Part shown: positions 1-9,322 of the stretch, one piece after another
How the letters are laid out: each line of letters begins with the position of its first letter
Numbering within the stretch: position 1 is the stretch's first letter
From: a bacterium
GTDB lineage: Bacteria > JAMCPX01
DNA length: 34,644 bases
Direction of reading: 5' to 3'
NCBI GenBank assembly: GCA_021789095.1
Contig: JAJYJX010000001.1
Span: 1-34,644, forward strand
Position numbers and translations under genes: made by a program
The notes under the pieces: generated by a model
What the model was told of the DNA's origin: nothing
The model's database searches: none
What the model saw: the letters and a program-made list of their open reading frames with translations, nothing else

Positions 1-1
1 C

Positions 2-583
2 AGGGTTGAACTGAAAGCTATAAAGTATGTCAAGTATCCGCCGTTAGATGATGAACTGGCAAAGACAAGCGGAACTTACAATTCACTTGAAGAGTTGAAA
101 TCCGAACTCAGAAAGGATATAAAAGAGGAGATAGAGAGAATCAACAAGTTCATGTATCAGGATATGATCGTGTCTGCCTTGTTGAAAAGACACCCCGTCG
201 AACTCCCTGTGTCTCTTATAAGGAAAGAGCTGGAGCATATCGCAACCGAGGACCAGGAGTTGAAACGGGCATACGTTATGAATAATAAAGAACAGGTGGA
301 GGAGAGGATAAAACAGCTTGAAAATTATATCCGCACGGGGCTTGTTACAAGGATATTCTTTGATACAATCAAGAACCAGGGAAATATCTCGGTTGCCGAA
401 GATGATCTGAAGTCAGAAATTGCAAAGCTGGCGCGCCAGAGCAATGATACACCGGAACACGTAGCGGAAAGACTGCAGAAGGACAACAGCATGGAAACGA
501 TAAAACATCATTTACTGAACGATAAGATTCTTGATTTGATCATTGAAAGTGCCCAATTTATAGAAGAGAGGACAGAAAAATGA
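2..583 (+). CDS. tig: Trigger factor, C-terminal part (5' end outside the window)
   Basis: The frame is open from base 2 ([24 protein letters not shown]...), upstream of the TTG at 95 used by the ORF track. It sits directly upstream of clpP-clpX-lon, the classical tig neighbourhood. Confidence 0.8.
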   Translation, partial: RVELKAIKYVKYPPLDDELAKTSGTYNSLEELKSELRKDIKEEIERINKFMYQDMIVSALLKRHPVELPVSLIRKELEHIATEDQELKRAYVMNNKEQVEERIKQLENYIRTGLVTRIFFDTIKNQGNISVAEDDLKSEIAKLARQSNDTPEHVAERLQKDNSMETIKHHLLNDKILDLIIESAQFIEERTEK

Positions 584-1209
584 CACTTATACCCATAGTT
601 GTGGAACAGACATCAAAAGGGGAAAGGGCTTATGATATATATTCCAGACTTCTGAAGGAAAGGATTATTTTTATAGGCTCCCCCATAGATGATGAGCTGG
701 CCAATATAGTAATAGCACAGCTTTTGTTCCTTGAAGCGGAGGACCCGGAGAAAGATATCTATCTTTATATAAATACTCCAGGCGGCATTGTTACTGCGGG
801 TCTGGCCATTTACGACACCATGCAGTATATCAAACCGCACATTACAACGACGTGCATAGGACAGGCGGCCAGCATGGGCGCTGTTCTGCTTGCAGCGGGT
901 GTCAAGGGCAAGAGATTTGCGCTGCCCCATGCAAGGATCATGATCCACCAGCCGTCAGGCGGGCTGCAGGGAAAGGCATCGGAGATCGACATACATGCAA
1001 AGGAAATACTGAAGCTCAGGGAAGAAATAAACAATATCCTGAGTGAGCATACGGGACAGCCGCTTGAAAGGATAGATGAAGATACGGAGAGGGACTTCTT
1101 TATGGGTGGCGAAGAGGCCATATCTTATGGTATAATAGACAGCGTGATAACAAAACGGGAAGAATTAAAAATAGGTGGAGGTAATAACATTGGTGCTCAA
1201 AAAGGATGA
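580..1209 (+). CDS. clpP: ATP-dependent Clp protease proteolytic subunit
   Basis: The 209-aa ORF carries ClpP motifs GQAASMGA (active-site Ser context) and MIHQPSGG (His context). Its start overlaps the tig stop as ATGA at 580-583. Confidence 0.95.
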   Translation: MTLIPIVVEQTSKGERAYDIYSRLLKERIIFIGSPIDDELANIVIAQLLFLEAEDPEKDIYLYINTPGGIVTAGLAIYDTMQYIKPHITTTCIGQAASMGAVLLAAGVKGKRFALPHARIMIHQPSGGLQGKASEIDIHAKEILKLREEINNILSEHTGQPLERIDEDTERDFFMGGEEAISYGIIDSVITKREELKIGGGNNIGAQKG

Positions 1210-2449
1210 CAGCGTCTTGAAGTGCTCATTCTGTGGCAAATCTCAAAGAGAGGTCAAAAAGCTTATAGCAGGTCCAAACGCGTTTATATGCGACGAGTGT
1301 GTCGAACTGTGCAACGAAATAATAGCAGAGGACTATGAAGCGCAGCAGGAGCCTTTGGGCATAAGGAGAGCAGTCCCGAAGCCGGGGGAGATAAAGGCGT
1401 TTTTGGACAGGTATGTCATAGGCCAGGAAAAGGCGAAGAAGATAATATCAGTCGCTGTCCATAACCACTACAAGAGGATAGAATCGCATCAGAAGAACGA
1501 CGATGTTGAGATCCAGAAGAGCAATATACTCCTGATAGGGCCCACAGGCACGGGGAAGACGCTGCTTGCGCAGACACTTGCCAGGTTCCTTGATGTGCCG
1601 TTTACAATCGCTGATGCAACGACCCTCACGGAAGCGGGATATGTCGGCGAAGATGTTGAGAATATCATACTCAGCCTTATACAGAATGCAAATTATGACA
1701 TAAACAAAGCGCAAAGAGGCATTGTTTACATAGACGAGATAGACAAACTGTCGCGCAAGACAGACAGCCCTTCGATAACCCGGGATGTTTCGGGAGAAGG
1801 TGTCCAGCAGGCTCTCTTGAAGATCATAGAGGGCACCATGGCGAACGTTCCTCCCAAAGGAGGCAGAAAACATCCTGAACAGGACTACTTCAGGATCGAC
1901 ACTACCAATATCCTGTTCATATGCGGAGGAACCTTCGACGGTATTGAAAAGATTATATCAAAACGCATCGGTGTGAAGTCAATGGGGTTCGGTGCCGATC
2001 TGAAGGGCGTAAGGGGCAGGAGCCTGAGTGATATACTGTCCGTGGTTGAAACAGAAGACCTCATAAGGTACGGGATGATCCCGGAGTTTGTAGGCAGGGT
2101 GCCGATTGTTGCAACAATGGAAGAACTGACCGTAGAGGCACTGATGGATATACTGGTAAAACCAAGGAACGCCATAATCAAACAATACCAGAAACTCTTT
2201 TCCATGGAGGGCGTGAAGCTCATGTTCACCCACGACGCCATAGAATCAATTGCCAGGGAGGCGATCAGGAGGAAATCCGGCGCACGCGGGCTGCGATCTA
2301 TAATGGAAAACGTCATGCTGGACGTTATGTATGAAATCCCCTCAAGGAGTGACGTCAGGGAATGCATGATCAATTCGGATGTGATCTTCAAACATATCGG
2401 ACCTTTGCTTACCTACGAAAAGAAAGCCGAGGCAGGCGGGAGCAAATAA
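1175..2449 (+). CDS. clpX: ATP-dependent Clp protease ATP-binding subunit ClpX
   Basis: It has an N-terminal zinc ribbon (CSFCGK...CDEC), Walker A GPTGTGKT and Walker B VYIDEIDK. The start is ambiguous: the track uses GTG 1175, but TTG 1190 or GTG 1193 behind GGTGGAGG (1174-1181) are equally plausible. Confidence 0.93.
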   Translation: MEVITLVLKKDDSVLKCSFCGKSQREVKKLIAGPNAFICDECVELCNEIIAEDYEAQQEPLGIRRAVPKPGEIKAFLDRYVIGQEKAKKIISVAVHNHYKRIESHQKNDDVEIQKSNILLIGPTGTGKTLLAQTLARFLDVPFTIADATTLTEAGYVGEDVENIILSLIQNANYDINKAQRGIVYIDEIDKLSRKTDSPSITRDVSGEGVQQALLKIIEGTMANVPPKGGRKHPEQDYFRIDTTNILFICGGTFDGIEKIISKRIGVKSMGFGADLKGVRGRSLSDILSVVETEDLIRYGMIPEFVGRVPIVATMEELTVEALMDILVKPRNAIIKQYQKLFSMEGVKLMFTHDAIESIAREAIRRKSGARGLRSIMENVMLDVMYEIPSRSDVRECMINSDVIFKHIGPLLTYEKKAEAGGSK

Positions 2450-4884
2450 TGAAAACGGACAACAACAATACATACAAAGTTCCATTATTGCCCCTGAGAG
2501 ATATTGTTATATTCCCCCATCAGACGACGCCCCTGATAGTGGGCAGGCAGAAATCCGTCAATGCGGTAAAAGAGGCCATAAACAATAATTCGTTCATATT
2601 TACAACAATACAAAAAGACCCCAAGATAGAGGACCCGAGAGAAAATGACATATATGCTACAGGCACTCTTTCATCAATAGAGCATCACATCGTTGAGAGC
2701 GACAACATAAAACTGCTTGTAAAAGGGGTCAAGCGCGGCAGGGTTAGATCATACAATGATACGGGAGTTTATGTTTATGTTGAGGTTGAGGCCGTAGAGG
2801 ACATCGTAAAGGACACACTGGAAATAGAAGCTTTAAAGAGACAGCTTATATCTGCGTTTTCCGAGTATGCAAAGAATACCAATCTCATAGCCCCTGAAGT
2901 TGTGGCATACACCACGGCCATTGATAATCCATCCGTACTCGCGAATTCCATTGCAGGCAGCATAAAGATGAAGTCGGAAGAGAAACAGAACCTCATAGAG
3001 ATAGCAGAGCTTGACAAGTACATGAACAAGCTGCTCGAGAGACTCTTTGGAGAGATAGAGATACTCGACATCGAGAAAAGGATTAAGGCGCAGGTGAAGA
3101 AACAGACAGAGAAGGCCCAGAAGGAATATTATCTGAATGAACAGATGAGGGCTATACAGAAAGAGCTTGGTGAAAAGGATGAATTCAAGACAGAGATTAA
3201 AGAGTTAGAGGATCGCATAAAAAAGAAAAAGATGTCTGAAGAGGCCCACAAACGGTGCAAGGGCGAGCTGAAGAAGCTCAGGATGATGTCTCCGATGAGT
3301 GCCGAAGCAGCAGTGGTGAGGAGCTACCTGGAGTGGATACTATCATTGCCGTGGTATGAACATACAGAAGAGAAAAAAGACATCAATGAAGCGAAAAAAG
3401 TGCTGGACAGGGATCATTACGGACTCGAGCAGGTAAAAGAAAGGATCCTCGAATTCCTGGCTGTCAAGGCGCTGAGTCCCGATGCCAAGGGCCCCATCCT
3501 GTGTTTTGTAGGGCCTCCCGGTGTCGGCAAGACGTCTCTTGCAAAATCTATAGCGGAGGCAACAGGAAGGAATTTTGTAAGACAGTCACTTGGAGGTGTA
3601 AGGGATGAGGCAGAGATCCGCGGTCACAGGAGGACATATGTAAGCGCCCTTCCTGGGAAGGTCATACAGTCGATGCGAAAGGCCGGTTCATCTAATCCTG
3701 TTTTCCTGTTCGATGAAATAGACAAGATGAGCACCGATTTCAGGGGTGATCCGTCAGCAGCACTTTTAGAAGTACTCGATCCCGAGCAAAACCATACGTT
3801 TAACGATCACTACCTTGACCTTGATTACGACCTTTCGAAAATCATGTTCATCACGACTGCAAATACAGTTGCGGGCATACCTCCGGCTCTGCTTGACCGT
3901 CTGGAGATAATAAGGCTGCCGGGGTATATAGAGATTGAAAAGCTGAATATCGCAAGGAATTTCCTGATCGCCAAGCAGTTAAAGGCAAACGGGGTCAGCC
4001 AGGATCAGCTTGCTTTCACCAGTAATTCCATTATCAGGATCATAAGGGATTACACGCGTGAGGCAGGGGTGAGGAACGTGGAGCGCGAGATTGCGACTAT
4101 TGTCAGAAAGGTTGCAAAGCATATACTCGAGACGGGTGAATCGAAGAAGAGGAATACAATAAGAAGTTCAAACCTCGAGAAGTATCTTGGTGTGCCGAAG
4201 TATAAGAGGAGTGAACTTGAGGAAAAGGATCTTGTCGGCGTTGCAACCGGTCTTGCATGGACTGAAGCAGGCGGCGATATCCTTGCAATAGAGTCCGCAG
4301 TGCTGAACGGCAGGGGCAAGCTTACCGTTACAGGCAAGCTTGGAGAAACAATGAGAGAATCTGCAAGTGCAGCACTGAGCTATGTAAGGACCATATCTGC
4401 GGACCTTGGTTTAAAAAAAGAGTTTTACAGGCATATAGATGTACACATACATATACCGGAAGGTGCAATACCCAAGGATGGACCATCAGCAGGCATTACA
4501 ATGGCTACTTCGCTCGTATCCGCTTTGACAAAGATCCCCGTAAAACGGGATCTCGCCATGACCGGCGAGATCACCCTGAGAGGCAGGATACTTCCTATAG
4601 GGGGGCTCAAGGAAAAACTTATGGCCGCAATGCGGGCCCAGATAAAAGAGGTGCTTATACCGAAAGACAACGAAAAGGATGTTGAAGAGATACCGGACAT
4701 GATAAGGAAATCGCTCAACATCATGTTTGTCGAACATATGAATCAGGTTATAGAAAGGGCTCTGAGGGTTGATTCACCCGAACAGATATGGAAGGGCAGG
4801 ATAAAAGCGGATGTGCAGCTTCCTGCTATGAGCCAGACAAGCGAAATACCTATACCGCCTGCACAGCCGCAGCCGAACAATTAG
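2449..4884 (+). CDS. lon: Lon protease (LonA type)
   Basis: ATG 2449 overlaps the clpX stop as TAATG. It has a Lon N-domain (LPLLPLRDIVIFPH), Walker A GPPGVGKT, Walker B FLFDEIDK and the protease Ser context PKDGPSAG. The track's start at 2362 adds an implausible 29-aa extension inside clpX. Confidence 0.95.
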   Translation: MKTDNNNTYKVPLLPLRDIVIFPHQTTPLIVGRQKSVNAVKEAINNNSFIFTTIQKDPKIEDPRENDIYATGTLSSIEHHIVESDNIKLLVKGVKRGRVRSYNDTGVYVYVEVEAVEDIVKDTLEIEALKRQLISAFSEYAKNTNLIAPEVVAYTTAIDNPSVLANSIAGSIKMKSEEKQNLIEIAELDKYMNKLLERLFGEIEILDIEKRIKAQVKKQTEKAQKEYYLNEQMRAIQKELGEKDEFKTEIKELEDRIKKKKMSEEAHKRCKGELKKLRMMSPMSAEAAVVRSYLEWILSLPWYEHTEEKKDINEAKKVLDRDHYGLEQVKERILEFLAVKALSPDAKGPILCFVGPPGVGKTSLAKSIAEATGRNFVRQSLGGVRDEAEIRGHRRTYVSALPGKVIQSMRKAGSSNPVFLFDEIDKMSTDFRGDPSAALLEVLDPEQNHTFNDHYLDLDYDLSKIMFITTANTVAGIPPALLDRLEIIRLPGYIEIEKLNIARNFLIAKQLKANGVSQDQLAFTSNSIIRIIRDYTREAGVRNVEREIATIVRKVAKHILETGESKKRNTIRSSNLEKYLGVPKYKRSELEEKDLVGVATGLAWTEAGGDILAIESAVLNGRGKLTVTGKLGETMRESASAALSYVRTISADLGLKKEFYRHIDVHIHIPEGAIPKDGPSAGITMATSLVSALTKIPVKRDLAMTGEITLRGRILPIGGLKEKLMAAMRAQIKEVLIPKDNEKDVEEIPDMIRKSLNIMFVEHMNQVIERALRVDSPEQIWKGRIKADVQLPAMSQTSEIPIPPAQPQPNN

Positions 4885-5008
4885 AATACTGCGATAGACA
4901 GTTTACCCCGTTAGAAAACATTACATTTTCTTTACTCGCACAAAAGAGATTTCTGCGAAAGATAGAGGGAACTGGAACTTAACACCGTGTTTGGTTTTCT
5001 ACCGGGGT

Positions 5009-6865
5009 TTATCGTGGTAGTTTGCTTATGATCTGCTTCAGTATGGCAGCGTCTTCTTGATAGGGGTCAAGGTAAAGGCTCATTTCAATGGCTTTTCTTG
5101 CTGCATAAGTGTTGTTTGTATATTTCAAATAAAATTCTCCGAGTAGCCTGTAAAACACGGCATTGTCCTGGTGTGATGCTATTATCTCCTTTAACAAGGA
5201 TATTGCCTTCTCTGTTTTGCCATTATTAGCGTAAAAGTCGGTAAGCTCATCTATAAAATCAAGATTATATGGATCTGTCAGAACACAGGTTCTGAGCTCC
5301 TTCTCATAATCAGTGTAGTCCTTTGTTTTCTGGTAATAAACAGCAAGTAAGTGCCTGTAATTTACGTTGTCAGGCGCATACTTTATAGCCTTTTTAATAT
5401 AGAGAAGTGCCTTGCCATACTCCTTGTTCTGCAAATAGTAAAGACTGAAGCCTGCCAGGATATCCGTATCATATGGATTTAATTTCAACCCTGTCTCAGC
5501 CTGTTTCAGTGCCTCGGGTATTTTGTTGTCAGCGACAAGTGCCCATGCATACATTTTATGACCAAAATAATAATCAGGAAGTTTCTCGGTTACATTTCTC
5601 CAGAGATGCTCGTCGTCTTTCCATACACCTACCCTCTGATAAGCAAGTATACCGAAAACAAGTAAAATAATACCTGCTACTGCGATACCGGGTTTTCTGG
5701 TACTCTGTGTAGTATAAAGGTATTCAAGCCCCATGCCGATCAATACATAAATGCCTATGGATGGCAGGATCAGATTAATATTTGTGAAATTATATACCGG
5801 CAGTATACCAAACCCGGGGATCATGTTTGCAAAATACCATGACATCCAGAAAAAGCCTGAATGATGCTTTCTGTAGAGATGGATCATAAGATATAGGAAT
5901 GCCGCCAGTAGTATAATGCTTATGACAAGCCTTGGCGAGAACAGGTTGTATATTACGGATTGAGGATAGAGGGAAACGAGCTTGAATGGCAGGACGATCC
6001 TGTTCGGGTATCCCAGTATGCCTGAGATGTTTGGTATCAACGAAAGGATATGACTGGAAATGTTTCCACCGGTAAGTCCGTTTTTATTCATGAGTATCTG
6101 TCCGATTAAAAATATAGATACAGATATGGCGGATATTATGTAGAATGGAAGCTGAATAAAAAAGATACTCAAAAAATGTTTTCTGTAAATGTACCATTCC
6201 ATTATCAGGATTATAAGTACAACTGTTGCGGCGGATTGTTTTGTCAGGATTGCACAGAGGAATGCAAGTAAACTTACCGCATAAGACAACCTGCTGCCTT
6301 TCTTTATAAAGGAGTTATATTCAATCAGCGCTACAAGGGCAAAGAAAACGGACTGTGTACTGCCGAGTGCTGAAACCCATGCTGCCGAGTCAACATTTAC
6401 GGGCGCGAGCAGAAATAAGATTGCAGCTATCGCTGCTGTGAACCCCGTTAAAGAACCCTGCTCTTGAACAGTTGGTACCGCCGGTGAATCTGGTTCAGAG
6501 GCTTTCTCCAACGGGGTGAACACTGTTTCGATCCTTTTTACAAAAAGGTAAACGAGCATTGCGTCGGCGATGAATATCAAGGCATTCAATGCGTGAAGCC
6601 ACAAAGGCTTAATGCCCGTTATACTGTAGATCAACATGTAAGTGAACAGGTGGAATGGTCCATAAAATCCGTTGTTATAGTAATGTGTAAAAATGTATCG
6701 TATGTTGTGAAATGTTAACCCCTTTATGGAAGGATCGTTTGTTATAAAAAGACTGTCGCCCCAGCTTAAAAGCGGGAATGATAATACGCGGTGATATATT
6801 ATTATACCCAGTACTGCCAGTATAAAGAGTACCAGTTTGTCATTTATTGTTTGTTTGTTTTCCAT
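5009..6865 (-). CDS. Polytopic GT-C-type (PMT/TMTC/ArnT-like) glycosyltransferase fused to C-terminal TPR repeats, paralog B
   Basis: The N-terminal roughly 400 aa has many hydrophobic helices and a first-loop motif LLSWGDSLFITNDP. The conserved WYFANMIPGFGI segment is shared with the upstream paralog. The C-terminal roughly 200 aa are TPR-like (ALKQAETGLKLNPYD, YIKKAIKYAPDN). Confidence 0.6.
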   Translation of the reverse strand: MENKQTINDKLVLFILAVLGIIIYHRVLSFPLLSWGDSLFITNDPSIKGLTFHNIRYIFTHYYNNGFYGPFHLFTYMLIYSITGIKPLWLHALNALIFIADAMLVYLFVKRIETVFTPLEKASEPDSPAVPTVQEQGSLTGFTAAIAAILFLLAPVNVDSAAWVSALGSTQSVFFALVALIEYNSFIKKGSRLSYAVSLLAFLCAILTKQSAATVVLIILIMEWYIYRKHFLSIFFIQLPFYIISAISVSIFLIGQILMNKNGLTGGNISSHILSLIPNISGILGYPNRIVLPFKLVSLYPQSVIYNLFSPRLVISIILLAAFLYLMIHLYRKHHSGFFWMSWYFANMIPGFGILPVYNFTNINLILPSIGIYVLIGMGLEYLYTTQSTRKPGIAVAGIILLVFGILAYQRVGVWKDDEHLWRNVTEKLPDYYFGHKMYAWALVADNKIPEALKQAETGLKLNPYDTDILAGFSLYYLQNKEYGKALLYIKKAIKYAPDNVNYRHLLAVYYQKTKDYTDYEKELRTCVLTDPYNLDFIDELTDFYANNGKTEKAISLLKEIIASHQDNAVFYRLLGEFYLKYTNNTYAARKAIEMSLYLDPYQEDAAILKQIISKLPR

Positions 6866-8673
6866 GATTCCAGCAACAGTTTGATCTCACCTGCATATTG
6901 TTGTTCAGGTGCAAGTTCAAGGCTTTTTTTAAAGTATTTTATGGCAAGCTGTTGATCATGATAGTACCGTGCTGTTATGTAACCAAGCATGCGCCATGCA
7001 TCAGCGTCAAGCGGTTTCAACGCAACAAGTTTTGCAAGCAGGTTTCTTGCCTCGCTTACCTTGCCTGTCTGTACATAGATATATGCAAGCTTTTCATATG
7101 CCGGAACATAAGGTGCCGCATCAACTGCCTTGATGAGCAGTGCAACGGCCTGATCGATATGATTCTGATTTCCGGCCAGGGTTATCTCTGCCATTTCAAA
7201 GTATATCATCGCCTTTAATGTTGAGGGGGTGTCTCCGAACCCTGGCAAAACAGCTATGTCAGCATGACCTTCTTTTTCGAGCTTGTTGAGCTGGCTTAAA
7301 GCCTCATCAAGCATGGCCTGTGCCCTGGTGTAATCACCTGTGTCTGCATAAGCCTTTGCTATAAAGTATTTCATTGCGACAAAGTCGGGTGTTCTGCTGA
7401 GAAGTTTCCTGCCGTATTCGATACCTTCGTACGGTTCGTTGTTCCTGAGATAAGCGGCTGACAGTGACATAAGAATAGAAGTATCGTCACCAACAGCATG
7501 GAGAGAGCTTGTCCACATGCTTATCTCGTTTTTCCATACAAATTGCCTTTTGAATCCCAGGAACCCGTAAACAAGCAGTATGAGAGCAAGGAACACATAT
7601 GCAATCTTTTTATTATCAATCCTGTTGATAGAAATTACCAGTGTGGTGTACACGCCGATAGAGGCTATGTAGAGATACCAGTTTGCAAAGAACGGCATCG
7701 CGATAATGCCGTAATAAGGCAGCATATTTGCAAAGTACCAGATGATCCAGAATACAAGTAGGAACTCCTTTCTTTTCACCAGTTCTTTAATGCCGATGAT
7801 TATAAAGACCATTATAAGAAGGCTGAGAACGAATCTTGTATTTGAAACTATTGCATCAAGGGGATACGCTATAGAAAGTCTTACAGGAAAAAGCAGCTTT
7901 GAGGGGTATTCGGGCAACCCGGCCATAACTGCAATAACGGTTTTTGTATTTGACCAGAGGCTGTTGCCTATAAGGCCGTGATAAGAACCGATAGTCGCCT
8001 GACCTATCATGAAAATGATCATAAACACCAGAGAGGCTGATGCATAAGGGAGAAGATTAAAGATACTGTTTTTCATTGTCTTGCTGTTGATCAGATCATA
8101 CAGGAACATCATGATTATAAGGGTGGCCCCCGGTGCCTTGACAAGTAACCCGAGAATAAACCCGATGAACGAGCATGCGTAAAGGCTTTTTCTATTCCTG
8201 CTTCTGTACAGCGTATAAAAGTAAAACCCCGACAAAAAGAAAAATAATGACTGCGTGTTTTTCAGTTCCGCTATCCATACCGCCGAATCTATGTTGACGG
8301 GTGATACAAGAAAGAGGAGTGAAGAAAATAATGCCGTGATCCTGTCATGCTGGATCTCATCAACGACCATGTATACCATTACGCCCGACAGTATATGGAA
8401 GATAATCCCGGTCAGGTGGTAAGCCATTGCGTGATAACCCGATATACGGTAAAGGAGCATGTAGGTAAGATACTGAATGGGTGCATATACGCCGTGATGA
8501 AACGAGGTAAAGAAATAGATGATATTGCTCATGGAGAAGTGCCTTATGTACACATTGTCCGTTACATAGAAGTTGTCGTCCAGGTTTACGAACCCGAACC
8601 GCAGTGACGGCAAAAGCATCAGAAATGTTACAACGCTTATAAGTAATATGTCAGGCCATTTTCTTTTTGTCAT
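6844..8673 (-). CDS. Polytopic GT-C-type (PMT/TMTC/ArnT-like) glycosyltransferase fused to C-terminal TPR repeats, paralog A
   Basis: It has the same architecture as 5009-6865. The first-loop motif FVNLDDNFYVTDN matches the F-x-x-DD-x-x-x-I-x-x-N signature I recall for TMTC/DUF1736-type enzymes. It also carries WYFANMLPYYGI and C-terminal TPRs. It overlaps the downstream paralog by 22 nt. Confidence 0.6.
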   Translation of the reverse strand: MTKRKWPDILLISVVTFLMLLPSLRFGFVNLDDNFYVTDNVYIRHFSMSNIIYFFTSFHHGVYAPIQYLTYMLLYRISGYHAMAYHLTGIIFHILSGVMVYMVVDEIQHDRITALFSSLLFLVSPVNIDSAVWIAELKNTQSLFFFLSGFYFYTLYRSRNRKSLYACSFIGFILGLLVKAPGATLIIMMFLYDLINSKTMKNSIFNLLPYASASLVFMIIFMIGQATIGSYHGLIGNSLWSNTKTVIAVMAGLPEYPSKLLFPVRLSIAYPLDAIVSNTRFVLSLLIMVFIIIGIKELVKRKEFLLVFWIIWYFANMLPYYGIIAMPFFANWYLYIASIGVYTTLVISINRIDNKKIAYVFLALILLVYGFLGFKRQFVWKNEISMWTSSLHAVGDDTSILMSLSAAYLRNNEPYEGIEYGRKLLSRTPDFVAMKYFIAKAYADTGDYTRAQAMLDEALSQLNKLEKEGHADIAVLPGFGDTPSTLKAMIYFEMAEITLAGNQNHIDQAVALLIKAVDAAPYVPAYEKLAYIYVQTGKVSEARNLLAKLVALKPLDADAWRMLGYITARYYHDQQLAIKYFKKSLELAPEQQYAGEIKLLLESWKTNKQ

Positions 8674-8806
8674 ACGCGTTGTATAGCATATCGTGCTTGC
8701 CGGATAAAGATAACAAATATTAAAAATACAAAAATGGTTAAAGCTATTGACGAATATAATCCATCAGTATTAAAAATAAAGCCAACAAGAGAGGGAGTTC
8801 CCCTGT

Positions 8807-9169
8807 ATGACGAAAGTCAGGATAATGAAGATTGTAGGGTTTGTTCTCGTCTTTGTGTTTGCAACCAATGCAGCTTTTGCATTCGCAGCAAGTCACCACC
8901 TGACAAATTTCGCCAAAATCCATCATACAAGTAAGAAAAGAGCTTCAAACTTGACCTCTGATGACCCTGATCCAGACAGTGATTTCAAAGCCGCATTTTA
9001 TCCGGTCAGGCATCACATAAAAAGGCAGTATAATTCAATCAGTGCTATGATTACTGTCCCTCCAATACTTGATCCCTTAATCAACGACGGTATCGTTCCA
9101 ATAAAAACATCTCATCCGTCTTTAAACAACCTTTCCGACATCTTCATTCCACCAAAAAACAGAACATAA
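8807..9169 (+). CDS. Hypothetical small secreted protein
   Basis: It has a signal-peptide-like N-terminus (MKIVGFVLVFVFATNAAFAFA), and GGGAG lies about 11 nt upstream of ATG 8807. I recognise no family, and overlapping alternative ORFs exist on both strands. Confidence 0.4.
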   Translation: MTKVRIMKIVGFVLVFVFATNAAFAFAASHHLTNFAKIHHTSKKRASNLTSDDPDPDSDFKAAFYPVRHHIKRQYNSISAMITVPPILDPLINDGIVPIKTSHPSLNNLSDIFIPPKNRT

Positions 9170-9180
9170 TTGTCCGTTTT

Positions 9181-9260
9181 GTCATTCCGTGCTGTGACAC
9201 GGAATCCAGTCTTCTGGTTTTTCGGATTCCTACTTTCACAGAAATGACGCAATTCTGTGA
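9181..9260. repeat. Imperfect palindromic intergenic (REP/MITE-like) element with two hairpins
   Basis: The outer arms are GTCATTCC...GGAATCC (9181-9207) and GGATTCC...GAAATGAC (9224-9248). Hairpin 1 pairs ATTCCGTG (9184-9191) with CACGGAAT (9198-9205). Hairpin 2 pairs TCACAGAA (9236-9243) with TTCTGTGA (9253-9260). Confidence 0.45.
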
Positions 9261-9322
9261 CAAAGCAGCGGAGATCGAAAAAAGGCATTGTAAGAGCGAT
9301 TAACAAAAAGAAGGAATTATAT

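Noticed and set aside
2362-2448. The ORF track gives the lon reading frame an N-terminal extension ([10 protein letters not shown]...).
   Set aside because: The extension lies wholly inside clpX. ATG 2449 gives the canonical Lon N-terminus and the TAATG stop/start overlap.
4905-4917. The 13-mer ACCCCGTTAGAAA occurs at 4905-4917 and again at 27467-27479, both intergenic, with a related CGCGTTAGAAA on the opposite strand near 34066-34076.
   Set aside because: Among about 1e9 position pairs in a 34.6 kb window (both strands), several exact 13-mer coincidences are expected by chance. The flanks do not align, so I do not treat it as a repeat family without a genome-wide count.
9257-9322. The ORF track starts the lipoprotein ORF upstream at 9257.
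   Set aside because: That start falls inside the palindromic repeat element and adds a highly basic 22-aa leader. ATG 9323 has an AAGGAA RBS and begins a proper signal peptide.
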